A stretch of 55,794 nucleotides of DNA from a virus (Duplodnaviria; Caudoviricetes), in IMG/VR virus record IMGVR_UViG_3300033149_001822, positions 1 to 55,794 of that record. The stretch is one strand, 5' to 3'. Positions 1 through 8,846 of the stretch are shown here, one piece after another. The notes below the pieces were generated by a model. The model saw only the letters and a program-made list of their open reading frames with translations. It did no database searches and had not been told where the DNA came from. Every line of letters begins with the position of its first letter. The stretch's first letter is position 1. The translations under genes and the position numbers were made by a program.

Positions 1-1
1 A

Positions 2-553
2 ATAGCAGGATTAAATTATTATATGTTTGGTGATTCTATGACTATAAAGAATCATCCTTTTTGGTTAAATGTACATGTTTATTCATGTACATTAATTCTT
101 AATAGTTTGCCAAATAAATGGCGTGGAAAATATAATGAAGATACTGATATGTGTTTACAAGTTTTGGCAGATGGATGGTGTACTATTCTTTTCAATGCAT
201 TTTTAGTAGATAAAGTATGGACAATGGCAATGAAAGGTGGAAATACTGACGAACTTTATAAAGGTGATGGTCGATTAAAAATGGCTCGTAGTCTTGAGCG
301 CGTTTGGCCATATGTTGTAAGTGTAATTCGTCGTTTTCAAAGACCACAACATCATATTAAAGATACATGGAGAAAATTTGATACTCCACTTAAACTTAAA
401 CCAGGAATTGATTTATCAAAAATGAAACCTAATGAATATGGAATGAAATTAGTAAAAGTAAAGGAAATTAAAAGTAAAGAACTTAAACAACTTTTAGATG
501 AATATGGAAAAAAGAAATTGAAAGGAAAAAAGCGCAGGAAAAAGAGGAAATAA
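2..553 (+). CDS. Glycosyltransferase, TET/JBP-associated (TAGT/GREB1-like); 5'-truncated
   Basis: Frame is open from the window start (IAGLNYYMF...). WRGKYNEDTD...DGWCTILFNAF...KGGNT resembles phage TAGT-type GT-A enzymes. Basic C-terminal tail. Confidence 0.6.
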   Translation: MAGLNYYMFGDSMTIKNHPFWLNVHVYSCTLILNSLPNKWRGKYNEDTDMCLQVLADGWCTILFNAFLVDKVWTMAMKGGNTDELYKGDGRLKMARSLERVWPYVVSVIRRFQRPQHHIKDTWRKFDTPLKLKPGIDLSKMKPNEYGMKLVKVKEIKSKELKQLLDEYGKKKLKGKKRRKKRK

Positions 554-1509
554 TGAAAATAAAAAAACAAAAATTTTTTGGAAATATGACTCCCTGGGTA
601 TGGGTGTTAGAGCCAGTTCACGGATGTAATTTGAAATGTGGTCATTGTTGTGCTGAACTATTGGAACATAACAAATTCCATTATATGTCAGAATCGGCAT
701 GGACTAAGACGTGGGAGTTAATTAGAAAGATATCTCCGACATGTCGTATTGATATTTGTGGTATTGTTGGTGAGCCATCTTTGCACCCACATCTTCTAAA
801 GTTTATAAAGATTGCAAGAGAAATTTCACCCCTTAGTCAAATTCAATTAACTACCAACGGAACAATGTTAAAAAATGGTAAATTAAAATTCAGAGATTTA
901 TTAGATAATGGGTTGAATATTGTTTATACAGATCAGTATGGAACTAAGGCACTATTTGAAAAATTAGCATACGAATCTGGATATTCACATTATCAGTATT
1001 ACGATAAACCAGATGATGCCCCGAGTCCGTGGACTTATGTTGGTCCAGACTTAAAGATTATTGTTTTGCAAGATCCACCTGATACTTGGCCTGATTCCAG
1101 ATATCGAGCAGGTTTGTTGGGAAATTGGTATGGTAATTTGGATTGGAAACGTGCGAAAAAATATAAAATGGCTCCACTTGAGAAGCCTTTAACACGAAGA
1201 TGTAATCAGCCATTTCTTTTTGTAAATGTATCATCTGAAGGGAAATATCTTTTGTGTTGCCAAGATGGAATGCATATAACAAAAGATAAATTTGGCACGG
1301 TAAATGATGGTTTTGAGGGATTCGTTGAGTTCTGGTTTGGAAAGGAAATGCAAACAATCCGAAGGCGATTAAAAAATAAGGATCGAGCTTCTACAAAATA
1401 TGCTTGTGCAAAATGTAATATTACTTTTTCAAGATGTGATTTTAATCATTGGACAAACGAACAAGTAGGGCAGTATTACAAAAATGGAAAATGGCATAAG
1501 CTAAAATAA
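553..1509 (+). CDS. Radical SAM protein with SPASM/twitch-like C-terminal domain
   Basis: CNLKCGHC (CxxxCxxC), GEPSLHP, LTTNG; C-terminal RCNQPF...CCQD...CAKC. Confidence 0.85.
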   Translation: MKIKKQKFFGNMTPWVWVLEPVHGCNLKCGHCCAELLEHNKFHYMSESAWTKTWELIRKISPTCRIDICGIVGEPSLHPHLLKFIKIAREISPLSQIQLTTNGTMLKNGKLKFRDLLDNGLNIVYTDQYGTKALFEKLAYESGYSHYQYYDKPDDAPSPWTYVGPDLKIIVLQDPPDTWPDSRYRAGLLGNWYGNLDWKRAKKYKMAPLEKPLTRRCNQPFLFVNVSSEGKYLLCCQDGMHITKDKFGTVNDGFEGFVEFWFGKEMQTIRRRLKNKDRASTKYACAKCNITFSRCDFNHWTNEQVGQYYKNGKWHKLK

Positions 1510-1535
1510 ATTTAATTAATGCAAATGGAGGAAGC

Positions 1536-1709
1536 GTGGAAAAAAGAAGAGAAAAGCGAAAGCGCAGAAGGAAAAAGGCTGAGAGGGGCCGTTTTGGGCA
1601 GAAGAAGGAATTGATCTATGATGGCACGGTTACAAAGCTTAACAATGTCTGTACTACCGAGAAGCTTGAGGACGCCTGGAGAATGAACGAGGAGGACGCA
1701 GGAAGATGA
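1536..1709 (+). CDS. Small basic protein (57 aa), not in the ORF track
   Basis: GGAGG then GTG at 1536 (MEKRREKRKRRRKK...); TGA overlaps the next ATG. Confidence 0.5.
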   Translation: MEKRREKRKRRRKKAERGRFGQKKELIYDGTVTKLNNVCTTEKLEDAWRMNEEDAGR

Positions 1710-1918
1710 ATTATAGGCAGTGTGAGTTGGAAAAGGGAAACAAGAAAATGATTTCCTGGGTTCCAGAACGGTTTGCCATTTTGAACAAGTTTCTAAGGAT
1801 AGGTGACGATGACGGGTGGAGAGTTGTGACAGTCCATGCAAGTGAGTCTGAGGATGTGGTGAAGTCGAGGGAACGTGACTACAAACGATGGGCCGAAGGA
1901 CGAGGTTTGAGGAGGTAG
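1706..1918 (+). CDS. Hypothetical protein
   Basis: Good RBS and tight gene packing. Confidence 0.6.
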   Translation: MNYRQCELEKGNKKMISWVPERFAILNKFLRIGDDDGWRVVTVHASESEDVVKSRERDYKRWAEGRGLRR

Positions 1919-1920
1919 TT

Positions 1921-2643
1921 ATGAGTAACGAGTATACAGTTGCTAAGTGTTTTACGTGCATCGACACGAAGACTATCACAAGGAATGGTGTGTCTGTTCC
2001 GTGTCCTGACTGTAACGAAGGCAGGCTCGATGGTGAGACTGACCTGGATGTGATTGCAAAGAAGATCAAGCCTAAGTGGACTGTTCGGGATCTGGCAAAT
2101 GCAATTGCGTTGCCTGAAGACATTGTTAAAAAGATGTCTACGAAAGAGCTGAGCACTGTCCTTGACACGTTAGGTGCGTCTGCTGAGGAAGCTTCCAACT
2201 CGATTCGGGTTTTGTCGTCTGCAATGAGCAGGTATGACTTGGATAATAAACCTGCTTTAATAGGTCACAAGGGAAAGGAATTTTACAACACAGGATTTCT
2301 TGGTATCCCCAGGTTGGAACCACCTGAAGATCCTGACGAGAAGGATTTTGTAAATGAAATTGCAGATGGGATGGGTGTTCCAAGAGAATATTTGAAGCCT
2401 GTTGTATATGCAAAAGAGGTGGCCAAAGAGATAGTATCAGGTCAACCAAGTGAGAAGTTAAAGCAAATTAGTAAAAGGCTTAAGGTCAAATGGACTGAAG
2501 CAGAAAATGATGTTTATACAAGGGAAATGGTCAAGAGATTAGAACAAGAACTTGTGCTGGCTGAATCACCAGAAGCAAAAGATAGGGCCAATAAGGCATT
2601 GGAAGCCTTCAATCGTTCAGTACTCAAGGATACTGAAGAATGA
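1921..2643 (+). CDS. Hypothetical protein with N-terminal zinc finger
   Basis: GGAGG RBS before ATG 1921; CFTC...CPDC. Confidence 0.65.
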   Translation: MSNEYTVAKCFTCIDTKTITRNGVSVPCPDCNEGRLDGETDLDVIAKKIKPKWTVRDLANAIALPEDIVKKMSTKELSTVLDTLGASAEEASNSIRVLSSAMSRYDLDNKPALIGHKGKEFYNTGFLGIPRLEPPEDPDEKDFVNEIADGMGVPREYLKPVVYAKEVAKEIVSGQPSEKLKQISKRLKVKWTEAENDVYTREMVKRLEQELVLAESPEAKDRANKALEAFNRSVLKDTEE

Positions 2644-2645
2644 TT

Positions 2646-2664
2646 TGTTTAACACTGTTAAATG
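2646..2664. promoter_or_regulatory. Conserved palindrome, copy 1 (TGTTTAAC-ACT-GTTAAATG)
   Basis: Same motif at 7 intergenic sites; this copy has the spacer reversed. Confidence 0.7.
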
Positions 2665-2679
2665 GGATTGGGAGGCGGC

Positions 2680-2997
2680 ATGAGAGGTGAGTGTTTATAT
2701 ATTGAGATTCAGGCTAGCATTAGGAAGCTGGAGGAGTTGAGGAATGAGTTTGAGGAGAACATTGATTTTGTAATGATGTCTGATGAGAAAAGAAAGGAAA
2801 CTGTCATCAAGGAAGCTCGGTTGATGAACAAGGTTGTGAACAAGTTTATAGAGCTTGATGAGCTTATGCAGGAAGGAGATGATAGACCTAAGGTTTGGGG
2901 TGGAAGGAGTCTTATGTCTACTGTCAGAAATTGTTTTTCAGACAAATTAACAAAAGGAAAGACTATCTGTGAGATGACCACAGGATGGGATTCATGA
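2680..2997 (+). CDS. Hypothetical protein
   Basis: GGAGG RBS before ATG 2680. Confidence 0.6.
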   Translation: MRGECLYIEIQASIRKLEELRNEFEENIDFVMMSDEKRKETVIKEARLMNKVVNKFIELDELMQEGDDRPKVWGGRSLMSTVRNCFSDKLTKGKTICEMTTGWDS

Positions 2998-3299
2998 CAA
3001 CGGCTAACGAAAAGAGGGACCAGGACTTCCTTTCCCTGTTCGGTGAGTTGTTCGATTACCTGACCGAGTTCTACCTGCGCTGGAAGAAGATGCAGGAGGG
3101 CCTGAAGGAGGACTGTAGCCTGGAGAAGTTCATATACGTCCTGGGGCTGACCATGCCTGGCTACATAAACGTCCTGAGCATGAGCAATGCCGATATAGAC
3201 GTGACCAAGCTCATAAGGTTGTACGTGAAGGGCACTCTGGACTACTCGGAGAGTATAGTGGATGTTGACGGGCCACCAGAGGGGACCACCCTCCAATGA
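2994..3299 (+). CDS. Hypothetical protein
   Basis: ATGA overlaps on both sides. Confidence 0.6.
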   Translation: MTTANEKRDQDFLSLFGELFDYLTEFYLRWKKMQEGLKEDCSLEKFIYVLGLTMPGYINVLSMSNADIDVTKLIRLYVKGTLDYSESIVDVDGPPEGTTLQ

Positions 3300-3550
3300 T
3301 GTCAAAAGGAAAACAGGCTGGAGCAAACGATCTGCTTTGGAAGGCAGAGTACCTGATTACCATTCTTGAAGAAGGTCCTTGGTTCGTCAGGGATTTGGAG
3401 ACAACTTTCAGAATGAACGGATTTCAGATGCACGTTCTTATTGACAATGCCAACCAGGTTCTGATGAGAAGCGACAGGGTTATCAAGTTGAGCGAGGGCA
3501 ACAGGGGAAGTGTAGGCGTTTGTGGAATACGGCACATAAACGAGGAGTGA
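3296..3550 (+). CDS. Hypothetical protein
   Basis: Coupled to the upstream ORF. Confidence 0.55.
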   Translation: MMSKGKQAGANDLLWKAEYLITILEEGPWFVRDLETTFRMNGFQMHVLIDNANQVLMRSDRVIKLSEGNRGSVGVCGIRHINEE

Positions 3551-3570
3551 ACGTGGTATGGAGGTGTACA

Positions 3571-3900
3571 ATGGCAAGGTTGGCTAGTGAAATGCAGGAT
3601 TGTCTGAACAAGTTGCTGCTGAAGAGGTATCAGAGTGCAATTGAGCGAGGGGTTGACGTTTACCTGGAGAACGATGATAATTTCAAAATGCTCGGTGTTC
3701 TCGTGAACAAGCTTATTCGAGAGGAAGATGAGATTGTTAAAGTTTTATCCGTGGGGATTGATTTTGACATATCAAAATCGATGACTGAGGTGGAGAGGAC
3801 TGTCCATGTGAACAAGATAAAGCTGGCTTTCTTGCAGCGACAGACGGTTGCGCTTGAGAATATGGCCTCCATTATGCAGGAGTTGAAGGGGATGCCGTGA
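3571..3900 (+). CDS. Hypothetical protein
   Basis: GGAGGT RBS before ATG 3571. Confidence 0.6.
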   Translation: MARLASEMQDCLNKLLLKRYQSAIERGVDVYLENDDNFKMLGVLVNKLIREEDEIVKVLSVGIDFDISKSMTEVERTVHVNKIKLAFLQRQTVALENMASIMQELKGMP

Positions 3901-4163
3901 TAGCCATCTTGAATAGGGTCAAGGAGCAAGTGGAGAAGAGGTCCAGCGTCTATAACCTGGAGGATATTAAGAAGCTTTTGTCGGTCGTTGACAAGGCGTC
4001 CGTCCTGTCAGCCAAGCTGGCTGCTATTACAGTGGATGAGGATTATCGTGCAGTCTTCGAGAAGGCATTTGCACATGGTCTGCGGTACAAGGGACCAAAT
4101 TGGCACGACGAGCTTGAGGAAATGAAGGAAGCCTTAAAGAAGATGTGGGAGGTTGCTGAATGA
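3897..4163 (+). CDS. Hypothetical protein
   Basis: GTGA overlap with the upstream stop. Confidence 0.6.
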   Translation: MIAILNRVKEQVEKRSSVYNLEDIKKLLSVVDKASVLSAKLAAITVDEDYRAVFEKAFAHGLRYKGPNWHDELEEMKEALKKMWEVAE

Positions 4164-4621
4164 AAAAGTTTGAGTATAAACGTTTCACTAATCCAATGGT
4201 TGAAGAGATAATACCATGGTTGAACAAGCTTGGTAATGCTGGTTGGAAAGTTGTTCATATTGGTGAAAATATGTTCAAGGAACGCATTGCTATTTGTTTG
4301 AGAGAATTACGTTTTGATGGCAGTTTTCCAAAGGAAGAAGATAACAAAGAAGAGACTTGTGAGAATTGTCCTGTCAATGAACAGTGTGGCCGTTGGCACA
4401 AGGATAGCCTGTACAAGACCATATGTCCTTCCCGTGAACAGGTGATACAACTTGAAAAGGTACTCAGACCTTTTGCAAAAATCTACAAGGACAATGCCGG
4501 GGAGTGGAGAAGTCAATTTGCAAATGGTAGTGGGTATGTTGTGTTTTCTAATAGAGCTGGTGAAATAGACATAGGGGAATTTCAAGCTGCCTATGAAGCC
4601 ATGCTAAAGAAGGAGGACTAA
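4160..4621 (+). CDS. Hypothetical protein, DUF4177-like N-terminus
   Basis: MKKFEYK...LNKLGNAGWKVV pattern, then a Cys cluster. Confidence 0.55.
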   Translation: MKKFEYKRFTNPMVEEIIPWLNKLGNAGWKVVHIGENMFKERIAICLRELRFDGSFPKEEDNKEETCENCPVNEQCGRWHKDSLYKTICPSREQVIQLEKVLRPFAKIYKDNAGEWRSQFANGSGYVVFSNRAGEIDIGEFQAAYEAMLKKED

Positions 4622-5065
4622 ATGAACCTTACGTTGAACGATGTAGCGGAAATAGTCGAGGAGATTGAGGAAGAAGCGTTGGTAGACGGTGAGACTCTGA
4701 CACTGGCAATTGGTGGAGGGACCAATTGCCAGGGGATACATATCGAGGCGTCCATCTGGAATTCAGAAGAGGATGAGAGAATTTTCTACGAGGACAAGAA
4801 CGAGTACGAGCCGTTGAAGGATCATATCGTGAGAAAGCTTGAGGAGCACGCCAATCATGTCCTCAATACCGTGAAGCGCATAAAGCTTGTGGACAGTATT
4901 CAACAGGAGGCCGAGACAGGTTTCAAGACGTTCATGGATGGGAACAAGTGGTGCGCTGTCCAAAAGGACTTCATAAATTTGCAAGAGTCTCTTGCAGGAT
5001 ATGGTGACACTGAGCAGGAGGCGAGGGACAATCTTGTAGATATGTTGAAGGAAGAGGTGTTGTAA
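4622..5065 (+). CDS. Hypothetical phage protein
   Basis: AGGAGG RBS; acidic; C-terminal DGNKWCAV...FINLQES.AGYGDT module. Confidence 0.65.
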   Translation: MNLTLNDVAEIVEEIEEEALVDGETLTLAIGGGTNCQGIHIEASIWNSEEDERIFYEDKNEYEPLKDHIVRKLEEHANHVLNTVKRIKLVDSIQQEAETGFKTFMDGNKWCAVQKDFINLQESLAGYGDTEQEARDNLVDMLKEEVL

Positions 5066-5424
5066 TGTCTATAAGACTCCGAAAGAATGATAGTGGTATA
5101 TGGGTTGCACATTGTGCTGCTGAATTCAGGGCTAATCCTAATAATAAAGGAATGGAGACTGATGTATATCTCGATGATGTCCAGCATCATGCACTGACAG
5201 AAAAGTTCGAGGTGGATTTTAGAAGCATGGGGTTTCTAAAAGACGAAAAAGCAGAGGCACAAGTCCATAAATTGACAAGGGCGCTGTTTACTATAATTGA
5301 ACTGCATATTGACGAAACCAAGGTAGGGCTAATACCCGCGTGTAATTGCAAGCCTTGTAAGATTGCACGCGAGGCCCTGTGGGAGACAAAGCCAGCCAAA
5401 CAAAGTCAATGTAAAAAGGAGTAA
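5065..5424 (+). CDS. Hypothetical phage protein
   Basis: Coupled start; plausible protein. Confidence 0.6.
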   Translation: MSIRLRKNDSGIWVAHCAAEFRANPNNKGMETDVYLDDVQHHALTEKFEVDFRSMGFLKDEKAEAQVHKLTRALFTIIELHIDETKVGLIPACNCKPCKIAREALWETKPAKQSQCKKE

Positions 5425-5425
5425 C

Positions 5426-6049
5426 ATGCTATTTAAGCTCAAAAGTCCAGAGGAGTTGGAAAAGATCTCCGATGCTTACGATTATATGAAGGCGCATCCT
5501 GAGAAGTACAGCCCACTTAGTGACGAGGACCAGCCTTTCCATCATACGATATTGCCTGAGAAGACCTTGTTGAGGATGGTGCCTGAACAGGAGTGCTCCA
5601 CGTTCCCAGAGGAGTGGGTCCCAAAGGAAATACAGTTGGTTCGTGTCCCGACGTTTATGACGTATTCTCTAGCAGGAAGCCACGAGGCAATGTACACGGA
5701 GAACGATGCCCATGGTGAGAGATTTCTTGAGAATGCAAGACAGGAGGTCGGGGTAGGTCCTGTCAAGTTCTTAAGACATCCACACTCTATCATGATGAGG
5801 AAGATATGGATAAGAGAATGGGAGTTCCGTAAACCAATCCTGGCAGATCATGACAGGTTCGAGGAAGTGATCAAAAATTGCTTTAACATTTTGTTAGGTC
5901 ACAAGATGAAGATTGAAAAAGAAGTGGATCAACCTGTCAACATGTTCTTCCTGGGGTTCATGGAGTCTAGGAGGGTAAACCAGTTCGGATACCTTCCTAA
6001 CGAGGTCATGATGGCTGCCAGGATGTCCACGTTTGCAATACCGGTATGA
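5426..6049 (+). CDS. Hypothetical protein
   Basis: AAGGAG RBS before ATG 5426. Confidence 0.65.
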   Translation: MLFKLKSPEELEKISDAYDYMKAHPEKYSPLSDEDQPFHHTILPEKTLLRMVPEQECSTFPEEWVPKEIQLVRVPTFMTYSLAGSHEAMYTENDAHGERFLENARQEVGVGPVKFLRHPHSIMMRKIWIREWEFRKPILADHDRFEEVIKNCFNILLGHKMKIEKEVDQPVNMFFLGFMESRRVNQFGYLPNEVMMAARMSTFAIPV

Positions 6050-6060
6050 GGAGAACTAAA

Positions 6061-6234
6061 ATGAATCCTTGTAAGATATGCGGCAAGGAGACATCGGGGT
6101 ACGTTGATGGTGAGCAGGTGTGCTGGACTTGTTACCTGTGGGGATGGCGTTCAGAGGAAGACATACAAAAGGGAGTCTATCCACTTATTAGTGAGTTTGT
6201 ATTGGAAGACTTGTTGGATGAACCGGCAGATTAG
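6061..6234 (+). CDS. Small zinc-finger protein
   Basis: CKIC...CWTC; GAGGAG RBS. Confidence 0.5.
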   Translation: MNPCKICGKETSGYVDGEQVCWTCYLWGWRSEEDIQKGVYPLISEFVLEDLLDEPAD

Positions 6235-6340
6235 CTTAGGTCATACTGGGCCATGATAACTGGAGAGGTGCAAGAGGATGGGTAGGAAAAAAAGTAGAAA
6301 TTAAAATGAGAATAATCAAGAAGAAAAAGGAGAGTGACAA

Positions 6341-6757
6341 ATGAAAATGATTAAGGTGAGTGTTGAGTATGAGCCTGGTAAAAAGGACGATTGTGAAGAA
6401 AGAAAGACAAATAAAGAAAAAATAACCAAGGTGACCGTCGAGTACGAGCCTGGTAAGAAGGGTGACGCTGAGGGTAGTGGACAAAAGTTTCCAGACATTC
6501 CAGACATTTCTATAAGGCAACCACAGACTGAGTTAATTGTTGGTGATTGTTCATATTGTCCATTTTTTCAGGAAGTGGAAGAAGAAGAGATTATTGATGA
6601 TAAAGTTTGTAGGAATGAATGTAGTCATCCTAATCATTCAGGTGGTAGAATGTTCAGACATAAAGATATTCCAGGTGGTTCTTTTCCTAAGTGGTGCCCA
6701 ATCGCCACGAGTGGTATATTGGTGAAGCGGGACTATGAAGGTGTCACAAGATTGTAA
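6341..6757 (+). CDS. Hypothetical protein with duplicated KVxVEYEPGKK motif and a Cys cluster
   Basis: Internal repeat; CSYCPFF...CSHP...PKWCP. Confidence 0.6.
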   Translation: MKMIKVSVEYEPGKKDDCEERKTNKEKITKVTVEYEPGKKGDAEGSGQKFPDIPDISIRQPQTELIVGDCSYCPFFQEVEEEEIIDDKVCRNECSHPNHSGGRMFRHKDIPGGSFPKWCPIATSGILVKRDYEGVTRL

Positions 6758-6759
6758 AA

Positions 6760-6825
6760 GTTAGATTGAAGATAAATTAAATGTAGGTTAATGGTAGGTT
6801 AATGGTAGATTAAAGGTAGATTAAA
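6760..6825 (+). repeat. Six degenerate 11-bp tandem repeats (consensus GGTAG(A/G)TTAAW) abutting terS
   Basis: gttagattgaa/gataaattaaa/tgtaggttaat/ggtaggttaat/ggtagattaaa/ggtagattaaa, then ATG. Confidence 0.8.
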
Positions 6826-7464
6826 ATGGGCAGAAAAAAAAGTAAAAAGAAGATGAAGTATATGAATCCGATGGATGAGTATATATACTCCACTGACAAG
6901 ATAACTATCCCAGAGCTTGCAAAAAAGTGGAAGGGCGTTAAAGGGTGCTCGCAGGTATCCCTAGTTAAGAGATGTGCCAAAGAGAAGTGGAAAAGCAAAC
7001 GTGAGAAGTTCTGGAAGGATATACGCGACGACATGCAGAAGATGGCGGCGGAGCAGATAGCTGCTGACATGGCCGAGGGTGTGCTGGAGACAAACCGCAG
7101 GCACAGGCAGCAGGGTCAGATACTCCAGAACGTGGCGAACAAGATAATCAAACATTTTGTTGGCCTCCACAAGGACGACATGGGTAAAATAAAGGACATG
7201 AAGACCGGCGAGGCCCTGCGTGTAGCTATAAAGGGTGTGACTGACGGTGCTAACCTGGAGCGTAAGGCCCTGGGGCTGGCAGACACTATCCTGAAGGTGC
7301 AGTTCGTCAAGGAGATAGGGGCAGAGTTCGTGGACATCGTTACTAAGTACGTGAGTGACCCTGTGGTGCTTGAGAACATAGCGAGGGACATCGAGGCCCT
7401 GATAAACAAGGAGAGCGAGGACCTTGAGGAAATGATAGAGTCAAGCGGCGAAACTTTACATTAG
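6826..7464 (+). CDS. terS: Terminase small subunit (putative)
   Basis: HTH-like ITIPELAKKW...RCAKEKW..KR followed by helical region and LERKALGL; upstream of TerL. Confidence 0.6.
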   Translation: MGRKKSKKKMKYMNPMDEYIYSTDKITIPELAKKWKGVKGCSQVSLVKRCAKEKWKSKREKFWKDIRDDMQKMAAEQIAADMAEGVLETNRRHRQQGQILQNVANKIIKHFVGLHKDDMGKIKDMKTGEALRVAIKGVTDGANLERKALGLADTILKVQFVKEIGAEFVDIVTKYVSDPVVLENIARDIEALINKESEDLEEMIESSGETLH

Positions 7465-7483
7465 ATCAAATAAGTTGTATAAC
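7455..7483 (+). promoter_or_regulatory. Sigma70-like promoter (TTTACA-17-TATAAC)
   Basis: -35 at 7455-7460 and -10 at 7478-7483; overlapped by the palindrome TTGTATA-N7-TATACAA (7475-7495). Confidence 0.5.
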
Positions 7484-7497
7484 AACGGTATACAAAT

Positions 7498-7582
7498 TGA
7501 CATTGGTTGGAAGAGAAACCAGATTAATCCTTCGACCGATTGTGACGGTGGCCTTGAGCCTTACGCTGACCAATGTCATTTT
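7498..7582 (+). ncRNA. Candidate small structured RNA
   Basis: 13-bp closing stem (7498-7510/7566-7578), two internal hairpins, U tract, promoter upstream. Confidence 0.4.
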
Positions 7583-7600
7583 GTTTAACGGTGTTAAACA
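7582..7600. promoter_or_regulatory. Conserved palindrome, copy 2 (TGTTTAAC-GGT-GTTAAACA)
   Basis: Perfect 8-bp inverted repeat immediately before an RBS. Confidence 0.75.
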
Positions 7601-7612
7601 GGAGGTAGGCAA

Positions 7613-7993
7613 ATGCGAGAAATAGATATTAAATTGGCCAAAGAAGATATTTGGCCACCTTGGTATAAAAGATGGTGGCTGACAATAACCTTTAGACGCA
7701 GAAGGTATATAAAAAAGTTAAAGGCTGTCTGGACTGATTACAGCGAGTTTGACAATCATTTAGACGAGATGTATGCAAAGGCTGCTGCACAAGGGGATCG
7801 ATTGGAGAACTTATCAAAGAAGAAGCGCCAGGAGGTTCGTGGTGTTGACATGTACAGATGCAATAAGTGCAAAAGGTCCGGCGCACCTTGGTCATGGATG
7901 CACGACACAGATAAAAACTTGGATGATTTTTCAAGCGATGAAATACCGGGAGTGTGTCCGTGTGGTGGTGTTATAGTTTTGATTGATGATTAG
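7613..7993 (+). CDS. Hypothetical protein with C-terminal zinc ribbon
   Basis: CNKC...CPCGG; GGAGG RBS. Confidence 0.6.
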   Translation: MREIDIKLAKEDIWPPWYKRWWLTITFRRRRYIKKLKAVWTDYSEFDNHLDEMYAKAAAQGDRLENLSKKKRQEVRGVDMYRCNKCKRSGAPWSWMHDTDKNLDDFSSDEIPGVCPCGGVIVLIDD

Positions 7994-8005
7994 GAGGTAG
8001 GCAAA

Positions 8006-8377
8006 ATGGCAGGGTTTGAAAGAAAGAAGTTGATCTTTGTTGTGTATGAGGAAAGGATGGATGGTCTTGTTGATCCTAAGCCGATATGGAAAGGTGATTT
8101 CAAGGCTACGTGGACAGATGGGGAAAGCGCACAAGAAGAACTTGAGGCGTTTGGGTTGGAGTATAAGGAGTCACTAGTGTCAATGTTCTTGACGGCACTG
8201 ATGCGAGACATGCCTGTTGCCATGGTAAAGATGTCAATGAAAGCTTTTTATGAGGATGAGGAAGAACGGACACCGGAGTTGAGGGAGAAGTTATTGAGAG
8301 CTATAGAGCCTTTTATGGACGAGCACACAAAGGCACATTGCTTCAAGGACTATTCCCCAGACTTAACTGTTAGGTGA
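8006..8377 (+). CDS. Hypothetical protein
   Basis: RBS AGGAGGTAGGCAAA is identical to that of the upstream gene. Confidence 0.6.
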   Translation: MAGFERKKLIFVVYEERMDGLVDPKPIWKGDFKATWTDGESAQEELEAFGLEYKESLVSMFLTALMRDMPVAMVKMSMKAFYEDEEERTPELREKLLRAIEPFMDEHTKAHCFKDYSPDLTVR

Positions 8378-8381
8378 TACG

Positions 8382-8846
8382 ATGACAAGGAAGCTAGCTA
8401 AGAAGAAGCCCTATATGCCGGTGAAGGCCAAGTCAACTGAGTGGGGCACGCCTGATAGCATATTCGTTCCTTTGGACGAGGAGTTCCATTTCACGCTGGA
8501 TGCAGCTGCGACACTTGAAAATGCTAAATGTAGGTTTTATTATAATAAGAGTCAGGATGGTTCTATTCAAGATTGGAGTGGTCAAACAGTTTGGCTTAAT
8601 CCACCATATAATGTTCCAAGTTTGAGTGACTTTACTGATAAGGTAATTGAGGAGACTGACAGAGGTGTCACGACAGTTATGCTTGTACCTGTGAAGACTG
8701 ACCAGTTGTGGTGGCACAAGCTATGGAGTTTGTATCTCGACTTTGGTAATATTGAGTACAGGTGGATAAAGGGCCGCGTCAAGTTCGTAGGGGCAGAACA
8801 TTCGGCCCCATTCCCTAGCGTTATAATAATAGTGAGGGGGTTCTGA
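8382..8846 (+). CDS. Phage DNA N6-adenine methyltransferase (Dam family)
   Basis: EWGTP...FTLDAAA...WLNPPY...LVPVKTD...GRVKF...APFPS. Confidence 0.9.
   Translation: MTRKLAKKKPYMPVKAKSTEWGTPDSIFVPLDEEFHFTLDAAATLENAKCRFYYNKSQDGSIQDWSGQTVWLNPPYNVPSLSDFTDKVIEETDRGVTTVMLVPVKTDQLWWHKLWSLYLDFGNIEYRWIKGRVKFVGAEHSAPFPSVIIIVRGF

Noticed and set aside
6760-6825. CRISPR array
   Set aside because: 11-bp units with no spacers and no cas genes.
7498-7578. tRNA-His or Y RNA
   Set aside because: The ATTGTGA loop is suggestive, but there is no correctly placed T-arm, CCA end or bulged-C Ro site.
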